From: Alphaproteobacteria bacterium
GTDB lineage: Bacteria; Pseudomonadota; Alphaproteobacteria; UBA828
DNA length: 64,000 nt
Reading direction: 5' to 3'
Assembly (NCBI GenBank): GCA_965214705.1
Contig: CBDCCI010000001.1
Coordinates: 64,001 to 128,000, forward strand
Shown here in pieces: positions 10,040-20,482 of the stretch. The notes beneath the pieces are model-generated. The model made no database searches and was not told the origin of the DNA. It saw nothing but the letters and a program-made list of their open reading frames with translations. Numbering within the stretch: position 1 is the first letter of the stretch; every line of letters begins with the position of its first letter. A program made the position numbers and the translations under genes.

Positions 10040-10891
10040 TCAGTCGGCAGCGCGCCTGCCGCCGAACGCCCCGGCGATGCCGTCGCGTTCGAAAATGCCG
10101 CCAACCTCCTCCTCGTTGGGGCCATAGAACCGACCCGAGATGGTATCGTCGAGGGCGTTGCGCTGGGCGAAGCCGCCCTCCTCGACCGCCATGCCGCGCC
10201 AGGTCATGTCGTCCCGCCGTTCGCCGGTCTCGGTATTGGCGATATCGGTGAATTCGACATCGGCCGTCACGGCGCCCGTTCCGAACTCCACCGTCACGTC
10301 GGCATCGCCCCGGATCACCTGGCCGCGGCTGGGCGAGGCGCTCATGTCGCGGCCGAGCATCAGGCCTTCCCAGCGGGCCGAGCCCTCGGCAGCGCGGGGA
10401 TTCTCCCCCGTCGAAAAGCCGAACGAATAGCTCAATGCCACCGTCGCGCCCTGGTCTGGGAAGCGGTCGCTCTTGAGAAAGGCGGATTCCGTGGCGAACA
10501 GGCTGTGGTCGAGCCAGCCGCCGTACACATGGGCGTCCACGTTATCGGTCGATGCTTCCTCCACGACCAGGCTTGCGCCGCGGCGCTCACCGAGCAAGTT
10601 CAGCTCTGCGATACCAACGGTTGCTTCGCTCGACCGGAAGAACCGCGTGAACGCGGCCGCACAGGTATCGTCCAGGCACCTGACGCCCACCCGCTCCACC
10701 GTGTCGTCGGTTCCGAGATAGCCGAGATGATCGCCCATCAGGAACGTATTGGCGCCGCTCGCGATCCTTGCATAGGAGGCCCGCGCCAATTCATCTGCCG
10801 TCGGCGGCGGTGACTCGGAGGAGCCGGTACAGGCCGCCAGTGCCAGCGTGACCGCAGACGCCGCCAACGCGATCGAGAACCCTCTTCTCAT
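10040..10891 (-). CDS. Lipoprotein with C-terminal TbpB-like beta-barrel (paralogue 2)
   Basis: Lipobox LAAC; GSARWEGLMLG...GRFYGPNEEEVGGIFE...GAFGG. Confidence 0.75.
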   Translation of the reverse strand: MRRGFSIALAASAVTLALAACTGSSESPPPTADELARASYARIASGANTFLMGDHLGYLGTDDTVERVGVRCLDDTCAAAFTRFFRSSEATVGIAELNLLGERRGASLVVEEASTDNVDAHVYGGWLDHSLFATESAFLKSDRFPDQGATVALSYSFGFSTGENPRAAEGSARWEGLMLGRDMSASPSRGQVIRGDADVTVEFGTGAVTADVEFTDIANTETGERRDDMTWRGMAVEEGGFAQRNALDDTISGRFYGPNEEEVGGIFERDGIAGAFGGRRAAD

Positions 10892-11301
10892 TGGACCCTC
10901 TCCGGGATATTCCGGCGCCGGCGGGGACGGAAACGGGATGCAACGGGTCATGGCGCGGACGTCCGCCGCCCGCCGAACGCGCCCGCGATGCCGTCGCGCT
11001 CGAACACGCCCCCGACCTCCTCCTCACCGGGTCCGTAAAACCGACCCGAGACGGTGTCGTCGGGGGCGTTCCGCCGGGCGAAGCCGCCATCTTCCACAAC
11101 CATGCCGCGCCAAGCCATGTCGTTCTGCGCAGCGCCGGTCTCGATGTTGACGATGTCGGTGAACGCGACATCCGCCGTGATCGCGGCCGCTCCGAATTCG
11201 ACCGTCACGTCGGCGTCTCCCCGGATCACCTGGCCGCGGCTGGCGGATGCGCGCAGGTCGCGGCCGAGCATCAGGCCTTCCCAGCGGGCCGAGCCCTCGG
11301 C
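10346..11301. repeat. Identical 45-bp direct repeat (10346-10390 and 11257-11301) inside a longer high-identity block of paralogues 2 and 3
   Basis: GTCGCGGCCGAGCATCAGGCCTTCCCAGCGGGCCGAGCCCTCGGC read at both positions. Confidence 0.9.
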
Positions 11302-11787
11302 GCTGGGGTTCTCCCCGGTCGAAATGCCGAGCGAGTAGCTGGAGATGACCGACGCCCCCTGGCTGGGGCCGGCTTCGTCGGTGAACCGGGCTAGCCGGGT
11401 GCCGAAGAGGCTGTGCTCGAGCCACCCGCCATAGGCCTCGTAGCCGCGGTCGGTCCCCGATCTTTCCTGGCGAACCAGGGACACGCCGCGGCGCGGGCGA
11501 AGCAGCGTCAACTCCGAGTCCTCGACGCCGAAGTTGCTCGCCCCGCTCAGAGATATGAATCCGGCCGCGCAGGTGTCGCCCCGACAGGTTGTCTTGGTCC
11601 GTTCCACCGCGTCGTCCGTTGCGAAATAGCCGAGCCGATCGCCCATGAGCAGCGTGTTCGCGTCGCTCACGATCGCGCCGTGCGTCTCCCGCGCCTGCTC
11701 TTCTGCCGTCGGAGGATCGAGCGTGCGGGTACAGGCCGCGAGTGCTACCGCGCCCGCCAGCACCGCGATCGTGAGTCCTGTCCTCAT
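10948..11787 (-). CDS. Lipoprotein with C-terminal TbpB-like beta-barrel (paralogue 3)
   Basis: Lipobox LAAC; GSARWEGLMLG...GRFYGPGEEEVGGVFE...GAFGG; very similar to paralogue 2. Confidence 0.75.
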   Translation of the reverse strand: MRTGLTIAVLAGAVALAACTRTLDPPTAEEQARETHGAIVSDANTLLMGDRLGYFATDDAVERTKTTCRGDTCAAGFISLSGASNFGVEDSELTLLRPRRGVSLVRQERSGTDRGYEAYGGWLEHSLFGTRLARFTDEAGPSQGASVISSYSLGISTGENPSAEGSARWEGLMLGRDLRASASRGQVIRGDADVTVEFGAAAITADVAFTDIVNIETGAAQNDMAWRGMVVEDGGFARRNAPDDTVSGRFYGPGEEEVGGVFERDGIAGAFGGRRTSAP

Positions 11788-12111
11788 CGCGTCTTCTCCC
11801 CTTCACCGGAGCCAGGACGGGCGGCCTCCTGGCCACCGTGCCGTGCACGCGTTCCATGTATGACGAGAAGGCTTCGGACCGCGTGCGACCCGGTCCTGGG
11901 CACGAGCAGTTTGACCGGGGTTTCGTCCCCGAACGGGGGGTGCCCTTCCGGCGCGCAGTGCGCGACGGCACCCAGCCCGGATCTCCAGCAATGCCGTCAC
12001 ATTGCCGACCCAACGGGCCAGGGTCGAGGGATCGAAATCGTCCCCCTCTCGCGCGAAAGTCGGGGAATGGCGATGGACCGGGTGCCGAGCCTCGGGAGCA
12101 CTTCGCGCATG

Positions 12112-12245
12112 TCATTTGCGCCTGCTGGTCGCCGGAGGTCTTCGCCCCGTTGTTGGCCGCGTCCTACAACCGACCGCTGTCCGGCTTGGTGTGGCGCACC
12201 GTGACCATGTCGGTGCCCGTCACCGCCAAGGCCAAGGTCGTCTGG
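12112..12245 (-). pseudogene. Possible remnant of a SwmB-type repeat domain
   Basis: Minus frame reads TLALAVTGTDMVTVRHTKPDSGRL*DAANNGAKTSGDQ, resembling the repeat pattern TLASAV..GDTVTVSYTKP...LQDAAGN with TAG at the Gln position. Confidence 0.45.
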
Positions 12246-12669
12246 AAACACAAGACTCATTATGAGATTCTTACGGCAATAGAAATAAATTGTGTGTATT
12301 TACATTGACTGTAATAGTGCCTTTTCCATAAATATTGTGGCAAACTCGTTACATCGCCGTTGGGCCGACAGCACCGCCGCCGGGGACGATCAAAGCCTGA
12401 CGCGGCCACCCGAACGCCGTCGCCCTTGGACGTCCATCCGCCGCGCAGATTGGACTCCAGATCGCAATTCCTGAGCCCACGCCGCGGACTCCGCAGCGAG
12501 GCGACGAAGCCAATGCGCTGTTTACAAAAAGAGCACCATTATCGTGAGTATTGGCACGTAAAATCATTCTCCATTGAGTAGAGTTCTACCATCTTAACGA
12601 CTCGCCCGAGTGGACAGCGAGGAGGTCGCGCTGGCAGCACAACGTGAACCTGGCAGGAGAGATGGAGCC

Positions 12670-13437
12670 GTGAAGCTACCTTTTTCAGTCGGACCGCTGC
12701 GTTGGGTTGCGGCCGTCATTGGCCTCGCTTTGATGGCAGCGAGCGCGGATGCCGCAGCGAACAACCTTCGCATCGCAACCACAGGCGACTATCCGCCGTT
12801 CAGCTACGTCGACGATGCGGGCAAGCTCGGCGGCTTCGACGTCGATATCGCACTGGCACTCTGCGAGCGAATGGGCGTCGAGTGCGAGCTCCGGCACCAC
12901 GAGTGGGAGACGTTGATTCCGGAGCTGCGCGCCGGGACCTTCGACGTGATCGCCGCCAGCATGTCGATCACCGAGCCGCGCCGGGAGTTGGTCGCCTTCA
13001 CCGACCGCTACTACAGCAACGTCGCCCGTTTCGTCGCGAACAAGGATTCCGACTTCCACCCCGACCGGCCGGCCGGAACGACGATCGGTGTCGCGCAAGC
13101 CACAGTTTCGTCAGACTGGCTCGAGGACAATCTGGCTGACGTGGCGACCATCAAGCTGTACCGCAGCCAGTCGGAACTGCTGGGCGACCTCGCCGGCGCC
13201 CGCCTGGACGCGGTTCTCGGTGATGGCCTCGGCCTGTACTCCTGGCTCCAGAGCGCAGACGGCGCCGCCTTCCGCTACGTCGGGCACGGCCTCAGGCTCG
13301 ACGAGGGCATCGGCCTCGCCGTGCGCCACGAAGACGACGCCTTGCGCCGGGACCTGAACCGCGCACTCGCGGAAATCCTCGCCGACGGCACCTACTTGGC
13401 AATCAACGGCCGCTACTTCCCGTTCAGCATTTACTGA
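12670..13437 (+). CDS. Polar amino acid ABC substrate-binding protein (HisJ/ArgT-like), orphan
   Basis: YPPFSY, GFDVDIA.ALC, ASMSITEPR, FTDRYY, YFPFSIY; GTG start after a purine-rich RBS. Confidence 0.88.
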   Translation: MKLPFSVGPLRWVAAVIGLALMAASADAAANNLRIATTGDYPPFSYVDDAGKLGGFDVDIALALCERMGVECELRHHEWETLIPELRAGTFDVIAASMSITEPRRELVAFTDRYYSNVARFVANKDSDFHPDRPAGTTIGVAQATVSSDWLEDNLADVATIKLYRSQSELLGDLAGARLDAVLGDGLGLYSWLQSADGAAFRYVGHGLRLDEGIGLAVRHEDDALRRDLNRALAEILADGTYLAINGRYFPFSIY

Positions 13438-13612
13438 GGCCGAAAGGAACAACATAACGCCTGCTATTGACAACGAAGTGGCCTGGAAACGTCTTTAGGA
13501 CCATGCAGGCTAGGAGTTTCGCACCGTCACCGGCCTAGCGTTCACCTCCGAGACCAACCGTGCGGTGCTCTACCCGAGCCGGACGCGCGGCACCCACGCT
13601 TGCCATCTATTC

Positions 13613-14434
13613 TCAATCTGTCGAGCCTCCGATGCGTTCGGTCAGATCGGCAGCAGCCTTGCAGACCGCGGTGCTGAAGAGGGAGATAACCTGCTCGGTG
13701 AAGCGGGCCGTCGGGCCTGAGACCGAAATCCCTGCCACCGTGCCGCCGTAGGCATTGAACACGGGCGCCGCGATGCAGCGCATGCCCGCATATCGTTCCT
13801 CGTCATCATAGGCCCAGCCGCGGGTTCGAGTGGTTTCGAGCTCGGCGAAGAGGAGATGCGGATTGGTAAGGGTCTTGGGCGTGAACTCGGGCAATCCCTT
13901 CCTCCGAAGCAGTCTCTCGATGTCCTCCTGCGCAAGCTGTGCGAGCAGCGCCTTTCCGGCGCCGCAGGCATGCATCGGGCTGCGGGCGCCATGGCGGAAG
14001 AAGGCCCGGATCGGATTGTGGGTCTCGACCTGGCTGACGAAGACCATGTCTCCGTCTTCGGCGATGGCAAGGTTGGCGGTCTCACCGGTCTCGCTCATCA
14101 GGCGCTGCAAGATGTCCCGGCTCGCTTCCACCAGATCGATCCGATTCAGGAATTCAGAGCCGACGCGGAACGCCTCGACCCCGATCATCCATTCCTGCGC
14201 GTCCTCGTCGAACGCGGCGAACCGATGTCTCTGAAGCGTCGTCAACAATCGATGGGCGGTCGATGGCGGCATCCCGGCCTGCATGGCGATGTTAGAGAGC
14301 GTGATCCTGTGTTCCCGCGCGAGAAGGCGGAGAAGTTGCAGTCCACGGTCGAGGGCACGCACCGTGCCTGCGTCGGCGTCGGCTACGGGCTTGCGCGGGC
14401 GGCCACGCGAGCGTTTCGGAGAGGCCCTGTCCAT
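13613..14434 (-). CDS. bhcR: IclR-family regulator, BhcR-like
   Basis: RGRPR N-terminus, VRALDRGL, PPSTAHRLL, TGETANL, SQVETHNPIRAFF, DDEER..GMRCIAAP match the BhcR subfamily as I recall it. Confidence 0.75.
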   Translation of the reverse strand: MDRASPKRSRGRPRKPVADADAGTVRALDRGLQLLRLLAREHRITLSNIAMQAGMPPSTAHRLLTTLQRHRFAAFDEDAQEWMIGVEAFRVGSEFLNRIDLVEASRDILQRLMSETGETANLAIAEDGDMVFVSQVETHNPIRAFFRHGARSPMHACGAGKALLAQLAQEDIERLLRRKGLPEFTPKTLTNPHLLFAELETTRTRGWAYDDEERYAGMRCIAAPVFNAYGGTVAGISVSGPTARFTEQVISLFSTAVCKAAADLTERIGGSTD

Positions 14435-14483
14435 GGAAGGCGCATCCTCTTTCCGAATCAAGCGGAGGTGCACAAGTGTAGCA

Positions 14484-14600
14484 AAATAAAATTTTCCAGT
14501 AAATTTTCATTTGTAAGATATGAAAAATTATAACTATCGGAAGTAACGCGATATTCTTAATTTCGAAAAATAATGGAAAATAGTTCCGACAAAATGGACA
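14484..14600. promoter_or_regulatory. AT-rich divergent promoter region with IclR-type palindromes
   Basis: TTTTCAT-N9-ATGAAAA (14504-14526) and GGAAAATAGTTCC (14575-14587). Confidence 0.6.
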
Positions 14601-14937
14601 AACGTTAGAGGACGGTCTAATCTCCCACCCGCGACGATGTGGGGGACGTGCAATGACCGGTCAGAACGTACAACGACGTCATGTCGTCGCGGCGGAAACC
14701 GCGGGCATCGATGCTGACCGAAGTGAGCGTTCCTGTCCGCAGAGTGTGCGGTGAGTGGCGCGGACGCCGGACGTCGCTGCGTCCGCTGCGGTACGGGGCT
14801 TCTTTGACCACACACCACCAGCTACCTCGGCCGGATACGTAGGAAGTCTGGCCGACTGCCCCGATCCCCTTCCATGGCCGCCGCCATTCCCTCCAATGCG
14901 CAGGCTGGCGGCGGCACACCCAACAACGGAGATTGTC

Positions 14938-15945
14938 ATGCTCGAGAAGCCACAAACATCCACACGGGATATCCCCCATCTTCCGTCACTCCGGCATTTG
15001 CTCACGGTCGCGGCCGTGCTGCTGGTGATCGGCCTTGCGGCCTGTTCATCGACCTCCGAATCCGGTCGAGAGGGCAGCGGCGGCGAGGGCCTGGGCCACG
15101 GTGAAGGCGGAGAAGGAGGTGAGGGTGGCGAAGGCGGAGAGATGGGCGAGGGCGGCGGAGAGGAATCCGCCACGCAGTACGGCCCAGGAGACACCTTCTA
15201 CATGACCCGGGCGGGTGCCCGCCTCATCCTGAGCTATGATGCCGCCAGCCAGGCCTTCACCGGCACCGTAACCAACGTTACCGGCGCCACACTGAGCAGC
15301 GTGCGGGTCGAGGTGCATCTGTCCAACGGCGTGGAGCTTGGGCCGACGACGCCGATGGATCTCGCGCCCGGTCAGACGATCCCCGTCAGCCTCCCGGCGC
15401 CTGGTCAGAGCTTCGCCACCTGGGGTGCACACCCGGAGGTGGGAAGCGGCGGCGAGAGTACGAGCATGGCGGCGTTCACCCCCTCGCTTGGAGCTTGGGC
15501 TGTCGTCGATGGCGTCCCTCTCGGCATCGAGCACCCGGAACATCAAATGAGCGCGTGGTACACGTCGTCGGGCGGCACCTGGACGCCGCACCTTTCCCTC
15601 GATCCCGCCCCGGAACACCAGCCGACCGGAGCTGCGACATGGACGGGCGAATGGGCCGGCTACTACGGGTCCAGCTCGGCCATCAGTACGGGCGCTGCGA
15701 ACGTCACCGTGACACTTGGCACGGGCGCCCCGGAGGCGGACCTATCCCTCCAGAGCGTCCCGACCCTCGGCACGCTGCAGTGGGACAACATGCAGGTCAC
15801 CGGCGGGCGGTTCATGGGCAGTACCACGGCCAATTCCCAGACGTACGACGCCGTGGGGCAGTTCGGGGGCGCCAATCAGGCCGGGGTCGTTGGTCACGCC
15901 GCGGGCTCTGATTTCCGCTCCGTGTTTTACGGAGAGAAGCCCTGA
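14938..15945 (+). CDS. Lipoprotein with (E/G)-rich linker, Ig-like/FxLYD-like domain and C-terminal beta-barrel-like region
   Basis: GGAGA RBS; lipobox LAAC; GEGGEGGEGGEGG; RVEVHLSNGVELGPT; GAATWTGEWAG...GQFGG...GVVG...SVFYGEK. Confidence 0.7.
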   Translation: MLEKPQTSTRDIPHLPSLRHLLTVAAVLLVIGLAACSSTSESGREGSGGEGLGHGEGGEGGEGGEGGEMGEGGGEESATQYGPGDTFYMTRAGARLILSYDAASQAFTGTVTNVTGATLSSVRVEVHLSNGVELGPTTPMDLAPGQTIPVSLPAPGQSFATWGAHPEVGSGGESTSMAAFTPSLGAWAVVDGVPLGIEHPEHQMSAWYTSSGGTWTPHLSLDPAPEHQPTGAATWTGEWAGYYGSSSAISTGAANVTVTLGTGAPEADLSLQSVPTLGTLQWDNMQVTGGRFMGSTTANSQTYDAVGQFGGANQAGVVGHAAGSDFRSVFYGEKP

Positions 15946-16079
15946 GACCTGGCGGAGCATGCCCGCGGCGGTTTCCTCTCGGATCGCCGCGGGCGGACGG
16001 TGCGGAGAGCGCCACGACCGATGCGTCCTTCCCGACGGGAAAGGCGAACCGGTTGCCAGGATGCCGCGAATCGGTCTAG

Positions 16080-17198
<1,119 letters not shown>

Positions 17199-17208
17199 AG
17201 TTTGGACG

Positions 17209-17553
17209 CTACCTGCGCTGCCCCTCCCACGGCAGCCGCTGCAGCGTCACTCGGTTGTCCCCCGGCAGCCATTGTGGCGGTGTCGGGCTTCCGATCTGAA
17301 AGGCTGGCTGCCGATCCCCCGCAGGCTTTTCGTCGCATGGTTCCTTGCGGCGGCCGACTCCCGTGCCCGCGCGCCGCCAAGGGGCAGAAGCCGACCGCGA
17401 GGTGCGGCGGGCGATCGCCCTTGCGATGCGCCCGTCGCCGTCTTGGAAGGGGCGGATCGAGACGAGCCAAAAATGAGCCATGCCCGCGGCGAGAACGGGG
17501 TCCATCGAGTGCGATCCTTCGAGCCATCCGAAGAACGCGGACAGGATCGCGCA
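17209..17553 (-). pseudogene. Fic-family gene remnant
   Basis: DPVLAAGMAHFWLVSIRPFQDGDGRIARAIA is a decayed HPFxDGNGRxxR motif; homology is lost on both sides. Confidence 0.75.
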
Positions 17554-17633
17554 ACGATGGTGTGCTCGGCCTGCGTCGAGTCGGCCCTGGGTTAGTATGG
17601 GCGCGGGGTCGTCATCTGGTGGGGGAATGGACG

Positions 17634-18890
17634 ATGGTGGATGCGTTGGGGGCTGTCGCCAGTCTCGTCAAGCCGGTCGCCATGCAGGTGCTGCTCGCCT
17701 ACGAGCGGCTTGAATCTGGGGTCGCCTACAATCCCCTCTCCGACGAGGTCGCGCGAGATCCCTACGCGGTCTATCGCCGGATCAGGGATAAGGATCCGGT
17801 CCACCGCATGAGGCTGGTCGATGCCTGGGTCCTGACCCGCTACGAGCACGCCGACGCCGTGCTACGCGATCACAAGCGCTTCTCCGCCGAGGATCGCCGC
17901 TTTCACGATGTCGGGCTGACTACCATGCTGGACATCGATCCCCCGGACCACACGCGGCTGCGCTCGCTGGTCTCTCGGGCGTTCACGCCGCGCTCGGTGT
18001 CGCGCTGGCACAGACGGGTGCAGGAGATCGCCGACCGTCTTCTGGACGCGGTCGCCGGCCACGACCGCTTCGACCTGATCTCAGCCCTCGGCTACCCGCT
18101 GCCGGTGACCGTGATCGCCGAGATGCTGGGTGTGCCGGCAGAGGACATGGACCGCTTCGAGGGCTGGTCCAACGACATCGCGCTCATCGTCGAGCCGATC
18201 CTCACGCCTGCGCAGGTCGAGGGCGTGCGGCGTGCGACAGAAGAGTTGTTCGCCTATTTCGAGACCATCGTGGAGGCGCGGCAGCGCGAGCCACGGGAGG
18301 ATATCGTCAGCGCCCTGCTGGCGGCTAAGGAGGAGGGCGACACGCTGACTCGCGAAGAGCTTCTGTCCACCATGCTGTTGATCCTGGTGGCCGGCAACGA
18401 GACCACACGCAATCTCATCGGCAACGGCATGCTGGCCCTGCTCCGCCATGCCGATCAAGTGCAGCGGCTGCGTGACGAACCCGGCCTGTTGGAGCCGGCC
18501 GTCGACGAGCTGCTGCGCTACGACAGCCCCGTCCAGCTCGACGGACGCGTCGTCCGCGAGGACCTGGAGTTGGGCGGCAAGCGCCTGCGCGCGGGCGAGA
18601 AGGTGATCGCCCTGCTCGGCGCGGCGAACCGGGACCCGGCCGCGTTCGCGAACCCCGATGCCCTCGATATCAGTCGCACGGAGAAGAGCCATTTGTCCTT
18701 CGGACGCGGCATACACTACTGCCTCGGCGCATCGCTGGCGCTCTTGGAGACGCGCATCGCCTTCCGGGGTCTGCTCGATCGCTTCGCGTCGATCCGCTTG
18801 GCTGCCGAGCCCCGGTACAGGGACGGCATCGTTCTACGCGGCGTCGAGAGTTTGTGGATCGAGGTGGAGCAACGCGACCACCCCGCTTGA
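17634..18890 (+). CDS. Cytochrome P450
   Basis: DPPDHTRLR, AGNETT, ELLRY (ExxR), HLSFGRGIHYCLG heme motif. Confidence 0.95.
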   Translation: MVDALGAVASLVKPVAMQVLLAYERLESGVAYNPLSDEVARDPYAVYRRIRDKDPVHRMRLVDAWVLTRYEHADAVLRDHKRFSAEDRRFHDVGLTTMLDIDPPDHTRLRSLVSRAFTPRSVSRWHRRVQEIADRLLDAVAGHDRFDLISALGYPLPVTVIAEMLGVPAEDMDRFEGWSNDIALIVEPILTPAQVEGVRRATEELFAYFETIVEARQREPREDIVSALLAAKEEGDTLTREELLSTMLLILVAGNETTRNLIGNGMLALLRHADQVQRLRDEPGLLEPAVDELLRYDSPVQLDGRVVREDLELGGKRLRAGEKVIALLGAANRDPAAFANPDALDISRTEKSHLSFGRGIHYCLGASLALLETRIAFRGLLDRFASIRLAAEPRYRDGIVLRGVESLWIEVEQRDHPA

Positions 18891-19172
18891 ACCGGAGACC
18901 AGGAGCCCTCAACAAGCCCGAGAAACGATGGATGATGAAGCATCCATTCTGGCCCACCTCCACGGCAGGGTATCCGTTCGACGCCGTGGGCGACAGAGTG
19001 GAACGTGCCAAAGGCCAGGCGAGCATTCGCGAATGAGGAGACTGGTGCCAGCGTCGGCGACAGAGTTTGGCGTATAAGGGGCGTTTGCTGAAACGATACC
19101 GTCAATCGATAGTCCGCGTGGAGATTTTTCAGGGAGATTTGGGACGGTTTGGGGGTGCATGAAAGAGAGGGG

Positions 19173-19248
<76 letters not shown>

Positions 19249-19395
19249 ATTGCGGCGGCCGGTCGCCCCGGCCGAAGGGGGCCGGATCATGCGGCGGCAC
19301 AGGCTCGCCTGTCAAGCGGATGTCCCCGCCTTGACGCGGCCGGAGCGCTTGGTTATTCAGCGCCGCAGGATCGTTGATCGAAGGCCTTGCAACCC

Positions 19396-19560
19396 ATGCC
19401 CTGGGACCTTGGACTGCCGCTGCTGGTCGCGCTCGCCACCCTCATCCTGTCGATCGGGATATTCTGGTCGGCGAAGACGCTGCTCTTCGATGCGCGCCGG
19501 CGCGAGGGCACGGATGACGGTCCCGGCGAGATCGACGGCGGAGCGCGAGACTCTCACTGA
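19396..19560 (+). CDS. Putative 54-aa single-pass membrane protein (below ORF-track cut-off)
   Basis: MPWDLGLPLLVALATLILSIGIFWSAKTLLFDARRREGTDDGPGEIDGGARDSH; hydrophobic helix then charged tail, GC3-rich codons. Confidence 0.5.
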   Translation: MPWDLGLPLLVALATLILSIGIFWSAKTLLFDARRREGTDDGPGEIDGGARDSH

Positions 19561-19579
19561 TCCCCCGTAGAGGGCGCCG

Positions 19580-20434
19580 TCAGCCGGCGGGGCTCACCGG
19601 CACATTATCGATCAATCGCGTCTCGCCCAGCCAGACGGCGGCGAGCACCCTGGCCAGCCCGTCCACCCGCGTGACCGGCTCGAGCGTCTCTGCATCGCAG
19701 ACTGCGAGATAGTCGATACGGGCGAAGCCTGCGTCTCTGAGCGCGGTCGTGCCCTGGGCGATGCTATCGGCCGACGCCGTGCCCTCGCCCAATGCCGCCG
19801 CCATCCAGCTCAGCACCTCGAAGATTTTTGGCGCGACCCGGCGTTCGTCCGCCGAGAGATAGGCGTTGCGCGAGGAGAGCGCGAGACCGTCCGCTGCGCG
19901 CACGGTCGGCACCGCCTCGATCCGGCAGGGGATATCGAGGTCGGCGACCAGGCGGCGCACCGTGACGAGCTGCTGATAGTCCTTCTCACCGAAGAGCGCG
20001 ACATCGGGCAGGCACTGGAGCAGGAGCTTGGTGACGACCGTCGCAACCCCGTCGAAGAAGTGGGGCCGGGAGGCGCCTTCCAGCCCGGCGGTGACGCCCT
20101 CCACCCGCACCGAGGTGGCGAAGCCGGGCGGGTAGATCACATCGGTGGGCGGCATGAACGCCGCTTCGACCCCCGCCTCGGCCAGCTTCGCGAGGTCATC
20201 CGCCTGCGTACGCGGATAAAGGGCGAAGTCCTCGTCGGGAGCGAATTGGGTCGGGTTGACGAAGAGGCTGACCACCGTGCGCCCGCCATGCGCACGCGCG
20301 GTCCGGACCAGTGCCATGTGGCCCTCGTGCAGCGCCCCCATGGTGGGGACGAGGGCGACTGCCAGGCCATCTGCACGCCAGGCGGCGACGGCCTCGCGCA
20401 GGCCGGCGACGCTGTCGATGACCGAGGGCGCCAT
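19580..20434 (-). CDS. panC: Pantoate--beta-alanine ligase
   Basis: VPTMGALHEGH, FVNPTQF, FGEKDYQQ, LALSSRN, RLIDN. Confidence 0.97.
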   Translation of the reverse strand: MAPSVIDSVAGLREAVAAWRADGLAVALVPTMGALHEGHMALVRTARAHGGRTVVSLFVNPTQFAPDEDFALYPRTQADDLAKLAEAGVEAAFMPPTDVIYPPGFATSVRVEGVTAGLEGASRPHFFDGVATVVTKLLLQCLPDVALFGEKDYQQLVTVRRLVADLDIPCRIEAVPTVRAADGLALSSRNAYLSADERRVAPKIFEVLSWMAAALGEGTASADSIAQGTTALRDAGFARIDYLAVCDAETLEPVTRVDGLARVLAAVWLGETRLIDNVPVSPAG

Positions 20435-20482
20435 CGGCCGCCCGCGCCCCGGGCCAGCGTCTCCCGAGGCGCGTAGCCCGCG

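Noticed and set aside
9110-11787. Lipoprotein repeats as a diversity-generating retroelement or shufflon
   Set aside because: No reverse transcriptase or adjacent invertase, and differences are not adenine-specific; ordinary paralogy explains them.
12552-12570. TGGCAC as a sigma-54 promoter
   Set aside because: No TTGC at the -12 position.
15060-15170. GGCGAG/GAAGGC-type short repeats as a possible CRISPR or VNTR
   Set aside because: Degenerate codons of an EGG peptide linker; no repeat-spacer structure. I saw no CRISPR array or cas gene in the window.
17202-17633. 144-aa N-terminal extension of the P450
   Set aside because: Low-complexity translation overlapping the antisense Fic remnant.
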